Positions 1 to 14,421 of a stretch of DNA of 64,000 nt are shown here, piece by piece. The notes beneath the pieces were generated by a model. That model did no database searches. It was not told where the DNA came from and saw nothing but the letters and a program-made list of their open reading frames with translations. Every line of letters begins with the position of its first letter. The first letter of the stretch is position 1. The position numbers and the translations under genes are program-made. The stretch lies in contig OX597835.1 in NCBI GenBank assembly GCA_951406725.2, positions 16,740,001-16,804,000 of the forward strand, written 5' to 3'. This stretch comes from Octopus vulgaris (taxonomy: Eukaryota).

Positions 1-37
1 GTATGTATGTATGTATGTATGTATGTATGTATGTATG

Positions 38-258
38 TTTCTTTACTACCCACAAGGGGCTAAACACAGAGGGGACAGACAAAGGGATTAAGTCGATTAC
101 ATCGACCCCAATGCGTAACTGGTACTTAATTTATCGACCCCGAAAGGATGAAAGGCAAAGTCGACCTCGGCGGAATTTGAACTCGGAATGCAATGACAGA
201 CGAAATACGGCTACGAATTTCGCCCGGCGTGCTAACGTTTCTACCAGCTCGCCGCCTT
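38..258 (-). mobile_element. SINE family 2 (also 7518-7715, 8993-9212, 10800-10945, 15313-15753, 30911-31095, 41380-41586, 41737-41882, 50027-50238)
   Basis: Shared head GGCGGCGAGCTGGCAGAA...GAGTTCAAATTCCGCCGAGGTCGACTTTGCCTTTCATCC. The copy at 7518 has a TSD ATTATTAGACTACT. Confidence 0.88.
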
Positions 259-569
259 ATGTATCTATATATGTTAGTGTATGTGTGTGTGTGTGTATGT
301 GGTATGTGTGTGTGTGTATTCCATAAATTAAAAAAAATTATGATGGTATTCTTTGTGCCAAATGCGAAGTTTGGAGTGAGGGTTTAATATAATTGGTGTA
401 CCAAAATCAGAATTCTTCAAATGGGAAACAGTTGTTAGTAATGGGGCTATAGAACAATAGAGGTGATGATAGAGTGATAAATGGACACACGGACAGAGAG
501 ATGCATGGTATTGTATGTGTGTACGTGTGATTGCATGTGTATGCATATATCTATATATATTTATATGTA

Positions 570-618
<49 letters not shown>

Positions 619-765
619 TTATATGTAGTTATATATATATATGTAGGTGTGTGAGTGAGTGTATATATATATATATATATATACAATTATAAACATACAC
701 ATTTACATATATTTGTGTGTGTGTATGTATGTTTGCTTCTATACACACACACACACACATATATC

Positions 766-806
<41 letters not shown>

Positions 807-1031
807 TATATATATTTGTGTGTGTGTATGCGCGTGTGTATGTGTGTGTGTTTTTTTAGTGTGTATGTATATCTGCATAAAGGTACAAACATATATATAT
901 ACATATACCAATATACATGCAGGCATATATAACTATATATATATATTTACATATATATTTACATACGTCGCCACTCATGTGTGCGTGTGTGTGTGTGATC
1001 ATGCGTGCTTATATACGCATATGCATATATA

Positions 1032-1121
<90 letters not shown>

Positions 1122-1373
1122 GTATATGTATATACATATATGTGTATACAGACACACGTATATATTTGTACATATATTTATACATATATACGCACATATA
1201 TATAGCCATATAATTATGAATTCAGAGACAAGTTGAGAGACAGAAAATCATAGTTTCGCGAAAATAAAATATACGAAAATTCTTTTGGGAAACATAAGTG
1301 TTTTGGCAATGTGTTTAGTTAACATACAGACACCTCACGGTAAAAATAACAACATCAGCAACAACAACAACAA

Positions 1374-1441
<68 letters not shown>

Positions 1442-1687
1442 GTATAACGAAGAGTTATATTCATAAATGATAACAATTTGAAAAGAACTCAGCAATGCAG
1501 AGAGGGACAGTATTTGAATAAACATTTCGCTGTGTATGAATGGAAGGCCTCCGCGACGATGGCAAGATTGCAAGATTTAGTTAAACAATTTCGGTCAAGA
1601 TGGAAAAATTGTGCGCTGTCAAGACAGTATTGGAAGCGCATGGTGACCAGCGGTGCACAACATCATGTGACGCCCTGGTCGATACTG

Positions 1688-1804
<117 letters not shown>

Positions 1805-1861
1805 GTATATCTATCTATCTATCTCTCTATCTATCTGTCTGTCTATCTGTCTGTGTATCTA

Positions 1862-1941
<80 letters not shown>

Positions 1942-2260
1942 GTATATGAGGATTATTTAATAGTTTTTGATGTGTAAAGGTGATTTTATTTAATAGTTTT
2001 TGATGTGTAAAGGTGATTTTTCTGGAAAACTGTTTGAAAAAAAAATGTTATGAAAAGGAGGATGTTACTAACCTGTTTTGGGACGATGTTTTCCTAGTAT
2101 GTGAACGCTTTCGTTAAACCTTTTCAAACACACACACATGCACATAAATTTAACTTTTAACACCTCCAGACGATGTGCTGTGACCACACTGGAGCACCTT
2201 CATCAGTTATATGCATATAACTGATGACATTAGTTCTTTGGCAAGTGTGCGATATATGTA

Positions 2261-2352
<92 letters not shown>

Positions 2353-2862
2353 CAGAAAGGTGTATGTAGAATGGGAAGATGAAAAAAGAAAGGGAGAGAA
2401 AAAGAGAGTTAGCGAAAGCGATAGACATTTATACAGAAATACCAAGAAAAAAAGTTAGATAGAGAGAAAAGACTGTATAGAGGTGTGTGTATGATGGTTA
2501 ATGTATGTGCGTGTGTGTGTGTGTGTTTGGAAAAGAGAGAGAGAGAGAAGGAGAGAGAAGGAGAGAAAAAAGAAAGAAAGGGTAAAGACATAAAAAAAAT
2601 CGAATCGTTTCTAGTTAATGATTCGTATAAAATTTAGTGTAAAATTATTGCTAGTTAATGGCACGTGTAAATCAATATGGCGTGCTGTACCAAGTGTTGA
2701 AGATACAGTAACGTAGTGATATAATAATACAGTAATATGTATGCGTATATATATATATATATATGTACACACACACGCACACACACACACATATTTGTAA
2801 ACTGATGTTGGCTGTTTCAAGTAGCGTGTCCATCTTACATCGTTAGTTCTTTGATAAGTGTG

Positions 2863-2899
<37 letters not shown>

Positions 2900-2918
2900 T
2901 AGATAGATATATATATAC

Positions 2919-3009
<91 letters not shown>

Positions 3010-3901
3010 TATGTGTGTGTGTGTGAGTATGTGAGTGTGTGTGAGTGTGTGGGTATGTATATATTTATATATACAAATACAAATTTACATACACATATAT
3101 GTATGTATATATATATGTACAGACACACACACACACACACACGCGTTCGCGCGCTCGCGCGTACACACATATATACAAACACACACATTTCGTGCATGAC
3201 TGCGCTGTTTTGGCAATGTACCAAATGTCACATGTTGCGGTATGTAGATGCATATTTCAACGACATTGTTTCAAATTCTGTCGAGGACTGGGACTCCAAA
3301 CTTTCTTCCGGGTTACGTCATTACCTTTCTCTACACGTTTCATTTACTGGGCTGTGGCTACGTTGGAGCACTGCTTAGTCTCGTACTTATTCTATTGACA
3401 TGTGTTGTCGATACGATAAGTTACAGGGACGTAAACCATCCTACAGCGGCTGTCAACCCTTATGGAGAAAACACCCCACCATATATATATATATATATAT
3501 ATATACATATGCCTTAGGTCTTGGTAGGGTGTGAAGGTAGGATATTACCCGGGTTCAGGACGACCAACACTATCGGATTCCAGACCAATACCGAAATTCT
3601 TCAAGTGTAGAAAGAAAATCCTAGTTTCACGACGGTAACACCGTTGTGTGGATTTGGCGAAGAGTAAAATTTATACATATATATATAACTAATGTAGGAT
3701 AACATTTTTTTCGAAAAAAAATTTTATCAATGGCCAGCATATCAAAAAATACCTTTAAATGTTAAATGCGGTAATAACGGATTTTTTAGAAATTTCTATC
3801 GGCTCGTTTCGAGACGCATAAATTATAATGGTTATTGATAATTTTGTCTTTTTTTCGGCATATTTGGCATTAGAATTTTTCTTTTGCTCTTATTTTATAA
3901 G

Positions 3902-3954
<53 letters not shown>

Positions 3955-4030
3955 TGTCTGTATGTATATATGTATATACGATAGATCCTGCTTGCTTCAT
4001 TTTTTCGTTACATACAATCAATCCAATGAA

Positions 4031-4337
4031 GGGTTGGTAAGTATCACCGCTAGCGAGGAGGACACGCTACCCTGGACTGACGACGGGCAAGACCCAGAAA
4101 CATTCATGTCTCCAGGTTGCTAGTTATAGCTGATGGGGGTGCTTGCCTCCCCTTTGCAAATATAAGGACACAGCAAATGTGTCAAAGCGGACAGGAAGCG
4201 TCGACGCTTCCTAGGGCTATATAGCGGTGGTGTAATTCCCTCTACGGGACTGTCACGTTATGTTGGCTTTATACAACCACTCTATCGCTCCACCACCGCT
4301 CATGTCTCGTTGAGACATTTAGAAATTCAGTATTTCT
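4031..4337 (+). mobile_element. Retrozyme-like structured HHR element with 11-bp flanking direct repeat
   Basis: AATCCAATGAA at 4020-4030 and 4338-4348. The interior holds the HHR plus several further hairpins and no meaningful ORF. Confidence 0.65.
4050..4123 (+). ncRNA. Type I hammerhead ribozyme, canonical core
   Basis: CCTGGA-CTGACGA-C-GGG(CAAGA)CCC-A-GAAA-CAT(TC)ATG-TC-TCCAGG, with distal stem CTAGCGA/TTGCTAG. Predicted GUC cleavage after 4110. Confidence 0.88.
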
Positions 4338-4567
4338 AATCCAATGAAATTCAACGGAAATTCACTGGAAAAAGCCTTACGTAATGGACCAACACAACGA
4401 AATATTTCGTCGTCAACGTGAACAGATAAAAAGACGTTAAACCTTGTTTTTCAGGTGAAAATGTCGTAGTAAGCAATTGCAGAATTATCGTAAAGTTTTC
4501 GCAATTGAAAGTTTACGTGAGATTGTTCCGAAATATTTTACAATTCTTTATAAAAAATATATATATA

Positions 4568-4939
4568 CAGGGTGTTCAAAAAGTCTCTCCGCGGTAAGTA
4601 TTTCTATTGCAAAATAAATATTTATAAGACAGTTTAAGACTACAAAAGACTATATTAGACTTTACAAGACTTTAAAAACTTTAAAAGAGGTGTTGAAAGT
4701 GTCGCCCTTCATTTTCAATACATATACTCTTTTACTCTTTTACTTGTTTCAGTCATTTGACTGCGGCCATGCTGGAGCACCGCCTTTAATCGAGCAACTC
4801 GACCCCGGGACTTATTCTTTGTAAGCCCAGTACTTATTCTATCGGTCTTTTTTTGCCGAACCGCTAAGTGACGGGGACATAAACACACCAGCATCGGTTG
4901 TCAAGCAATGCTAGGGGGACAGACACAGACACACAAACA

Positions 4940-4977
<38 letters not shown>

Positions 4978-5260
4978 TACGACGGGCTTCTTCCAGTTTC
5001 CGTCTACCAAATCTACTCACAAGGCTTTGGTCGGCCCGAGGCTATAGTAGAAGACACTTGCCCAAGGTGCCACGCAGTGGGACTGAACCCGGAACCATGT
5101 GGTTGGTAAACAAGCTACTTACCACACAGCCACTCCTGCGCATGTTGACTTTTCTACACGCTTTGAAATACATCTTGGAGAGTCTGACTCTTGGAGAATC
5201 TGACTCTTGGAGAGTTACGATGAACAAAATTCACTGCGGAGGGACTATTTGAACACACTG
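4568..5260. mobile_element. Tc1/mariner-type non-autonomous element with nested SINE
   Basis: Imperfect TIRs CAGGGTGTTCAAAAAGTCTCTCCGC / CAGTGTGTTCAAATAGTCCCTCCGC, with TA on both sides. Confidence 0.7.
4726..5141 (-). mobile_element. tRNA-derived SINE family 1 (also 8287-8705 -, 28480-28907 -, 32641-33065 +, 59189-60262 +; degraded 9715-10100, 17800-18260, 31370-31645)
   Basis: Near-identical copies with head GGCGCAGGAGTGGCTGTGTGG...GGTTCAGTCC, an internal (TA)/(TG) tract and an (AAAGAGT)n tail. Confidence 0.88.
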
Positions 5261-5388
5261 TATATGCTTGGTCAAGAATATTGGTTTAAGAATCAGTTTG
5301 GCAGACGTGGATCTAAACACATCATGCATAGTGTAGAAAGCAAACGCACACACAGTCACGCTCATGCACACACACGCACGTAAATGTA

Positions 5389-5444
<56 letters not shown>

Positions 5445-5445
5445 A

Positions 5446-5560
<115 letters not shown>

Positions 5561-5574
5561 AATCTATCTATCTA

Positions 5575-5664
<90 letters not shown>

Positions 5665-5670
5665 AATCTA

Positions 5671-5789
<119 letters not shown>

Positions 5790-6016
5790 GCCTGCCTGTC
5801 TGTCTGTGTACATAGAGTATACGAGTATATCCACTGTATGTAATATATGTACACAGCATGTACACACACACAAACACAGACAGACACACACACACAAACA
5901 CACACACACACAAAGAGATGTATAAAACATTAAAAATATATCCGTGCCACTTAAAATTAAGAGCTTGATTGATAATTATCTGTTAATCAATATACTAACA
6001 CACACACACACACACA

Positions 6017-6058
<42 letters not shown>

Positions 6059-6308
6059 AATGTTAGACCACACAGATGATTTGTTTATAGTGATCAAATG
6101 TTTATGTTCACATAAGCTCACTCCCTCCGTGGAATCGACGTTACCTGTACAGGTGCACCATGTGCCACATGCCAGGTGAGAAAATGGTCGCAGAACAACG
6201 TGAAATGAAGTGTTTCAGCTTAAGAACACAATGCAATGCTTGGTGTGGGAATCGAAACCGCGATCTTCCAATCGTGAGTTCAACATTCTAACCGCTGAGT
6301 CATGTGCC

Positions 6309-6359
<51 letters not shown>

Positions 6360-6375
6360 TATAATATATATATAA

Positions 6376-6428
<53 letters not shown>

Positions 6429-6731
6429 CAGTATCGCCCGGCGTTGCTCGGGTTTGTAATGGAAATAACTATATAAGCATTTTTAGAGAGTTATAGCCAA
6501 AACATAGCAAAAAATGCATTAAAGATGGAAAAAAATGATGGTAAATTATTTTAAAAATCGTAGACTCATCGTAGACGCGCGCTAATACCCCGAAGGGCTC
6601 GATATGAATCAGGACTATAAGATACCCGCTTTTGGTTACACTGCACCGCAAAATGTGGGAGTAGTTAGGAATCTAAATCGTAGGAGACAGACACACAACT
6701 TCTCTTTTATATATAAACATATATATATATT

Positions 6732-6840
<109 letters not shown>

Positions 6841-6996
6841 GTATGTGTATTTTTCGATGTGAAAAAATAATACGGAAAAAATAAAATAAATTGTTACCGG
6901 AGTAGCAAAAGTTCACATAAGTGCCAAGGATATTACAGCCTACTTATAAATGTAGAAATTCCAGGATTAAGTGAAATGTTGTCGTATCACATAGAT

Positions 6997-7179
6997 AAAT
7001 TAAGAAATGGTGTCAAACGCAGGTGTTATTCAAATCTTTATACTTCCGACTTATGTTTCGAAGAAAACATTGATATTATTCCGGAAGGATCCCTCCGGAA
7101 TAATACCAATGTTTTCTTCGAAACATAAATCGGAAGTATAAAAATTTGAATAACACCTGCGTTTGGTTCAATTTCTTAA

Positions 7180-7182
<3 letters not shown>
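6997..7182. repeat. ~185-bp near-perfect palindrome
   Basis: CAAACGCAGGTGTTATTCAAAT...ATTTGAATAACACCTGCGTTTG, centred near 7089. Confidence 0.85.
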
Positions 7183-7224
<42 letters not shown>

Positions 7225-7752
7225 TTCGGTGCGAATGGTTTTGTTAAGTGGTGTCGGGTTCTACAATTCTGTAAATAATGGTATTTTTTATAAGCTTAAC
7301 CTTATAGCGATCACCGTGCAAATGACTAAGGAAAATAGTCTAATAATGGGGCATATAAGCCCTCGACAGAAAAAAAGTAGGCTTTCCCGTACGCGTGGGA
7401 CTTTTTGTAATCGGTAACATACTTAGTCGCGTTAACAAAGGGATGTGGGTTCGAGTCCTACGGGAAATCTTACTTTTTTGTCGAGGACTTACATACCCCA
7501 TTATTAGACTACTCTAAGGCGGCGAGCTGGCAGAAACGTTAGCACGCCGGGCGAAATGCTTAGCGATATTTCGTCTGCCGTTACGTTCTGAGTTCAAATT
7601 TCGCCGAGGTCGACTTTGCCTTTCATCCTTTCGGGGTCGATAAATTAAGTACCAGTTGCATACTGGTACTGGCCCCTCCCCCCAAATTTCGGGACTTGTG
7701 CGAGAGTAGAAAAGATTATTAGACTACTTTCCTTAGTCCTCCTTTGCACGAT

Positions 7753-7863
<111 letters not shown>

Positions 7864-8049
7864 TCTCTATACAGGGGCAAATAATTCACGAGAAATGAAT
7901 CATATGTCCTTTGATTAATTTTAATTTTAATCCCTCAGCTATATATATATATATGTATGTATATATATACAATTGCAGCGTGGAAGGTGTTTATAAGCCA
8001 TTTAAGAAACACACAAAACCGTTAGATTCACTTCAACATTTAAATTTAA

Positions 8050-8100
8050 TTTGTCAAAATATTTTCGGCGCTTTGAGACCGCGACCTGTTCACTGACAAA
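8050..8100 (-). ncRNA. Minimal type I HHR, G3-C8 core variant
   Basis: TTTGTCA-GTGAACA-G-GTCGC(GGTCTCAAA)GCGCC-GAAA-ATAT-TT-TGACAAA, within a (TA)n-flanked fragment at ~7969-8113. Confidence 0.65.
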
Positions 8101-8111
8101 GCTTCGTGCAG

Positions 8112-8152
<41 letters not shown>

Positions 8153-8218
8153 CAAATATATATATATATATATATATGTACACACAATATATATATATAT
8201 ATATATATGTATGTACAC

Positions 8219-8287
<69 letters not shown>

Positions 8288-9273
8288 CTCTTTTACGCTT
8301 TTACTCTTTTACTTGTTTCAGTCATTTGACTGCGGCCATGCTGGAGCACCGCCTTTAATCGAGCAACTCGACCCCGGGACTTATTCTTTTGTAAGCCCAG
8401 TACTTATTTTATCGGTCTCTTTTGCCGAACCGCTAAGTAACGGGGACATAAACACACCAGCATCGGTTGTCAAGCAATGCTAGGAGTACAAACACACTCA
8501 CACAAACACACACACGCATATATATATATATATACATATATACGACGGGCTTCTTTCAGTTTCCGTCTACCAAATCCACTCACAAGTCTTTGGTCGGCCC
8601 GAGGCTATAGTAGAAGACACTTGCCCAAGGTGCCACGCAGTGGGACTGAACCCGGAACCATGTGGTTGGTTAGCAGGCTACTTACCACACAGCCACTCCT
8701 GCGCCTATATATATGTATAATGCTGTATCTATATCCTTATGTTCTAACCACGTATCAATGCAATCCCTGTCAAATAATCGTTGTTATTTATACATCTATG
8801 CACACAGATAGCATTCTGTATTCACATTATATTCTTACGCATCAATACCGTCATAACTCTGCACAATATTTGCTTCTATATCTTTAACTCTGCATCTCGA
8901 TCTATCAATATCAGCGTATTCATCTGTAACTTGATATCCATATGTCACTTTATGCTTGTTTCCTTCTCTTTCGTGCTGTATATACATATATATTTCTTTA
9001 CTGCCCAGAAGGGGCTAAACATAGAGGGGACAAACAAAGACAGACGAAGGGATTGAGTCGATTATATCGCCCCCAGTGCTAAACTGGTACTTTATTTACC
9101 GACTCCGAAAGGATGAAAGGCAAAGTTGACTTCGGCGGAATTTGAACTCAGAACGTAGCGACAGAGGAAATACCGCTAAGCATTTCGCCCGGCGCGCTAA
9201 CGTTTCTGCCAGATATATATGGATGGATGTGTGCATGTATATATAGATATATACATGCACACACACACACATA

Positions 9274-9647
9274 TCTCTCTATATATAAACGGCAGTTTGT
9301 CTGTGTGTGTTTCTGTGTGTCTGTTAGCTTGTACCCTCACCCTGACCACGGCTTTCAACCGATTCTGATGAAACTTAACACACACATAGCCCAATGTCAT
9401 AATTCAAAACTAACGCAGAGAAAATTTTGGAAAGTTCCCCCAGTTCTGAAAAAATCGATAAATTCGACATGGGGTCGAGAATCAGAAACACAAACCACAG
9501 ACTGTCTAGGGGACGCAACTCGACCGTTTTAACTCTCAAAAAAAAATTTACCATAATTTTTTTCCCATTTTTTTGGCTATAACTCTCTAAAAATGCTTTA
9601 TAGTTATTTCCCTTACAAACCCGAGCAACGCCGGGCGATACTGCTAG
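9274..9647 (+). mobile_element. Non-autonomous Helitron (related copy 6425-6718 -)
   Basis: 5' TC, 3' hairpin CCCGAGCAACGCCGGG + CTAG, inserted between A and T. Confidence 0.8.
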
Positions 9648-9902
9648 TATATATATATATGCGTGTATATGCGTATGTGTGTGTGTGTGGGTGGTAGGTG
9701 GGTGGGTTTGTTAGGGCGTAGGCGTGGGTGTGTGGTAAGAAGTTTGCTTCTCAGCCATACAGTTTCGGACTCGGTCTCACTTCATGACACTTAGGGCAAG
9801 TGTCTTTAACTACAGACCTACGCAGACGAAAGCCTTGTGTGAGGATTTGTAGCGGGAAACTGAAAGAAGCCCGTCATGCATATATATATATATGTGTATA
9901 TA

Positions 9903-9968
<66 letters not shown>

Positions 9969-10115
9969 CTATGTGTGTACCTTTGTGTTTGTTCCGCTTG
10001 ACAACCGGTGTTAGTTTGTTTACGTCCCCGAAACGTAGCGGTTCGACATAAGATATGTCGAATAAATATCAGGCCTCAAAAAAGTACAGAGGTTGATTCC
10101 TTCAATAGATAAAAG

Positions 10116-10185
<70 letters not shown>

Positions 10186-10255
10186 ATTCTTTCTCTCCCT
10201 CTTTCTTAGCCACTAAATCTTTTTTATTTTCTCTATCTGTTTATTTCCTCGTGTT

Positions 10256-10294
10256 CCATTCTGTAGAAGAGCGTAGGCTCGAAACGTAAAAGAC
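10256..10294 (+). ncRNA. Minimal HHR-like motif, A6U variant (family B; other copies 18986-19028 -, 26077-26114 -, 35036-35075 +, 51519-51560 -, 54208-54244 +)
   Basis: Family consensus CTTT-CTGTAGA-A-GAGC(GTAG)GCTC-GAAA-CG-TA-AAAG with a palindromic ACGT stem III, in ~130-200 bp elements abutting (TA)n. Confidence 0.6.
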
Positions 10295-10377
10295 TTTCTC
10301 ACTTCTCGAGCGTAAAACTAATACATCTGTTTGTTGTTTACACACGTGTCTTCGTCTTCTCTCTTTTTGTAAATTTC

Positions 10378-10429
<52 letters not shown>

Positions 10430-10634
10430 TATATAATCTGAAGAGCATTCCATATTGGCTAAATATAACAATGAGATGAGCTATAGATAAGCGAAAGCGG
10501 AGTTTCTTTGCTAAAACAATAAAATTATTTTGCTGTGGGACTGAGCCTCAGAGCTACATGCTTAAAATGCAAGCTTCTTAGCTACACAGTCATGCTTCTT
10601 AACACCTCTCCCACATACTTCACCAAAATATTTG

Positions 10635-10707
10635 CGACCACGACGAGATTCGAACTCGCAATCTTCTGATTCGAAGTCAGACGCCTTATCCGTTAGGCTA
10701 CGCGGCC
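10635..10707 (-). tRNA. tRNA-Arg (anticodon TCG)
   Basis: GGCCGCGTAGCCTAACGGATAAGGCGTCTGACTTCGAATCAGAAGATTGCGAGTTCGAATCTCGTCGTGGTCG folds into a full cloverleaf. A TTTT terminator follows within ~10 nt. Confidence 0.92.
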
Positions 10708-12818
10708 AGACAATGTCCGGGTTTCTTATTTAATGATAATAAATCTGACTTATATAGAAATTGACGGCGGCGAAATAATGGCAGAGTCATTCGCTTTGGG
10801 GTCCGAGGTCGACTTTGCCTTTCATCCTTTCAGGGTCGATAAATTAAGTACCAGTTACGCACTGGGGTCGATGTAATCGACTTAATACCTATGTCTGTCC
10901 TTGTTTGTTCCCTCTGTGTTTAGCCCCTTGTGGGTAATAAAGAGATAGGTATTTGGGTGTTTGTCCCAGTTCTCTGATTTCTGCATTCAAATATCGCCGA
11001 GGCCAACTTTGCTCTTCATCATTTCGGGGCCGATAATATGAAGTGCCAACCCCCAAAAGGGGATTGGCAGTACTGTTAAAAGCTCGGGAGCAGTACTGGC
11101 CCCAACTCTGGGGCACAATACTGGCCCCCTATTTGTCCTGATAGCAGCGTCTGTGACGACTCTTTATGGACCCAAATCTATAGTCGTTCTCTTGGAAAGG
11201 GAAAGTAGTTGCGAGTCTCCTCGCGAGTCCCCTTGCTTCCTTGATTTGAGATAGGGGTTCTGTATATCCGGACATCTTCCTAGTCTTCCTAAAAATGTTG
11301 CTGCTGTTTCTGTTGTTTAGGTCCACGAATGAGCTCACCCTAGCGGTGCTCAGCCTAAATCAACAACGACCAGTATATACACACCGTATCTCTCCAGCCT
11401 CTGTATACACACTGTAGCCCTCCAATCATTGCGTATGCATTGTCTATCGAGCCAGGATCTACATGCTGTACCTGCTTTGTCATCTTTCTTATTTTTAAGA
11501 CAGTAGATATATGTGGTTTCAGAAAGATTTGGCTGCTATTTCTAGCTGATCGTACTGTCTCGTAGATGCTACCTGTACGTGGATGCTAAGTGTTGTGGCT
11601 GTCGACCACTCACCTGACCATTTGTAATGGTTCATGTGTGGTGGTGTTTCTGTATATGTTGTGGTGTTTGTGTGTGTGTAGGTGTTTGTGTGTGTAGGGT
11701 GTGTGTGTGTGTATGTATGCGATGGTGTAAATGCGTGCGATAGTATGTGTACGATGGTATGGGTGTGTGATGGTGCGTGCGTGAGTGCACGCTTATGTGC
11801 GATGATGTGTGTGTGGGGGATGGTGTGTGTGTGGGATGGTGTGTGTGTATGCGAGCGATGATGTATGTGAGTGTGTGTGTGTGAGTGCATGCGAGCGATG
11901 ATGTGTGTGTGTGTGCGCGATGGTGTGCGTGTGGGAGGATAGTGTGTGTGTGTATGCGAGCGATGATGTGTGAGTGTGTGTGTGTGCATGCGATGTGTGT
12001 GCGTGTGTGCGCGCGCGATGGTATGTGTGTGTGTGTGTGTGTGCATGCGATGTGTGTGCGTGTGTGCGCGCGCGATGGTATGTGTGTATGTGTGTGTGTG
12101 TGAGCGATGGTATGCGTGTGCGTGTGTGTGTGTGCGTGCACGTGTACGAGCACGCGTAGGAATAACAGCCTGGCTTTATGTTTATATTCCCGAAGCGGGA
12201 GGCCTTTTTCTTTGATCTTCAGGGATTTCCAAGTCTAATTCTTTTATATCAGGTTCAATCCTCATGGAATCAGAACTGCTGCAAGAATATTTATATACCT
12301 CGGCTGCTTTGTTCAGCGAAAAACTAAACGCAGCAATAAGGTAATTAACATCCCCAGCCATAAAAAGACGTATTTTTAAAATGGAAGATTTCAGAGAGAT
12401 ACATTGAATCTCATTAATACATTCTAGACCGTTCTCGTTTAATTAAAATATAACACCAAAAACAAAACCAAAAGACGAGAGAAGGAGTGAGAGAGAGAGA
12501 GAGGGAGAGAGAGAGAGAGAGATGCTGTCTATATCTGTTTATTTGATTAAATATGGTCGAATAATGGAAATGGATGAGTATTTTATAGACGTTGATTGGA
12601 TAAATATAACTTGTACCTGTTATTTAAACGCTGACGCTTAGTCTGTCGAAGTCTGGAGAGAGAGAGATAGAGCGAAGATAGAGCGAAGATGTTAATCGGA
12701 TGGAAACGATGTGAAGAGGCTGGTTGGTTGGAGGGAAATTGCGTGTAGATGCTGAGTAAGCACTTATGTATGTATACACGTTTGTGTGTGTATATATATG
12801 TATGTATATACGTTTTTG

Positions 12819-12876
<58 letters not shown>

Positions 12877-12930
12877 TGTATGTATGTATGTATGTATATA
12901 TATATATATATGTATGTATGTATACACATG

Positions 12931-12975
<45 letters not shown>

Positions 12976-13089
12976 CCTGCTCGCTTAGCCAGCGGGGTAG
13001 CGTCATTTGAAGGCTAAAACAATGTGAAGCGCATTGTGACCAGCGATGTGTAGCACCATCTGATAGACTGGTCAGTCACGGTGATCACG

Positions 13090-13154
<65 letters not shown>

Positions 13155-13318
13155 GTATATATATACGACGGGCTTCTTTCAGTTTCTGTCTACCAAAGCT
13201 ACTCACAAGGTTTTTGCTGGCACGAGGCTATAGTAGAAGACACTTGCCCAAGGTGCCACGCAGTGGGACTAAACCCGGAATCATGTGGTTGGGAAGCAAG
13301 CAACTTACCACACACCCA

Positions 13319-13354
<36 letters not shown>

Positions 13355-13452
13355 GGAGTAAACACATAAATGTGAAACAAGGTGGAAAAAAAGAGTACTC
13401 AAATACCAGTGGTAGAGTAATATGCTTTATTTAAAGCAGCAGAAAATTCAAC

Positions 13453-13499
13453 AAAACCTGTTACTCTGAGTTTCCCGTTGCCGTTCATCGGACAGTTTT
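13453..13499 (-). ncRNA. Minimal type I HHR, U4C variant (family A; other copies 14264-14310 +, 18748-18790 -, 21914-21959 -)
   Basis: AAAACTGT-CCGATGA-A-CG(GCAA)CG-G-GAAA-CTC(A)GAG-TA-ACAGGTTTT, repeated in four (TA)n-embedded fragments. Confidence 0.7.
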
Positions 13500-13503
13500 T
13501 GCT

Positions 13504-13565
<62 letters not shown>

Positions 13566-14085
13566 ACTCACCCACACAAATACATATATATGTATATATA
13601 TATCATTGCTATTATGTAAAAGTGTCCTAAGTCGAAAACGTTGCTTTTTTTTTCAGAAAACGAAAAAATAGTTTCACTAAGTGTCTTCTATTAAAGCGTC
13701 GGGCCGACCAAATCCTTGTGAGTGGATTTGATAGACGGAAACGGGAAGAAACACGTTGTGTGTGTGTGTGTGTTAAGGCTTCACTTCCACACACGCCAGC
13801 TTAATTTAATTCGTCCTTAGTCCAAAGACACAGGTTATGTCCTGTTATTTGCATTAGCATTCGTGTACCATTTCTCCGTTTTTTTTTCAGTCCTTGTTTT
13901 CGTATACATACGCTGCTTTCTTCTAAGGAGTCTAGTGCTCTTAGCTTAGTTTTTCCCTGGGGCTGGCCAGATTGGAGCAATCTCGAGTGTAACCAGCCGA
14001 AATTGCAAAGATAATCTGGAACTCGACCGAGGAAAGAAAACTCCGAAATGACCCGTCCTTTTTTTCTTGTTCCTTTTTTGTATTC

Positions 14086-14187
<102 letters not shown>

Positions 14188-14337
14188 CGGAGTAAACACA
14201 TAAATGTGAAACAAAGTGGAAAAAGGAGTACTCAAATACCAGTGGTAGAGTAATTTTCTAGCAAAAACTGTCCGACGAACGGCAACATGAAACTCAGAGT
14301 AACAGGTTTTGTTGAATTTTCTGGTGCTTTACATAAA

Positions 14338-14421
<84 letters not shown>

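Noticed and set aside
2200-2227. 28-nt perfect palindrome containing CTGATGA
   Set aside because: There is no downstream stem II/GAAA. It is a short isolated palindrome.
12253-12340. Possible plus-strand exon (also 21627-21676)
   Set aside because: AG/GT boundaries and open frames exist, but there is no recognisable protein and no supported gene chain.
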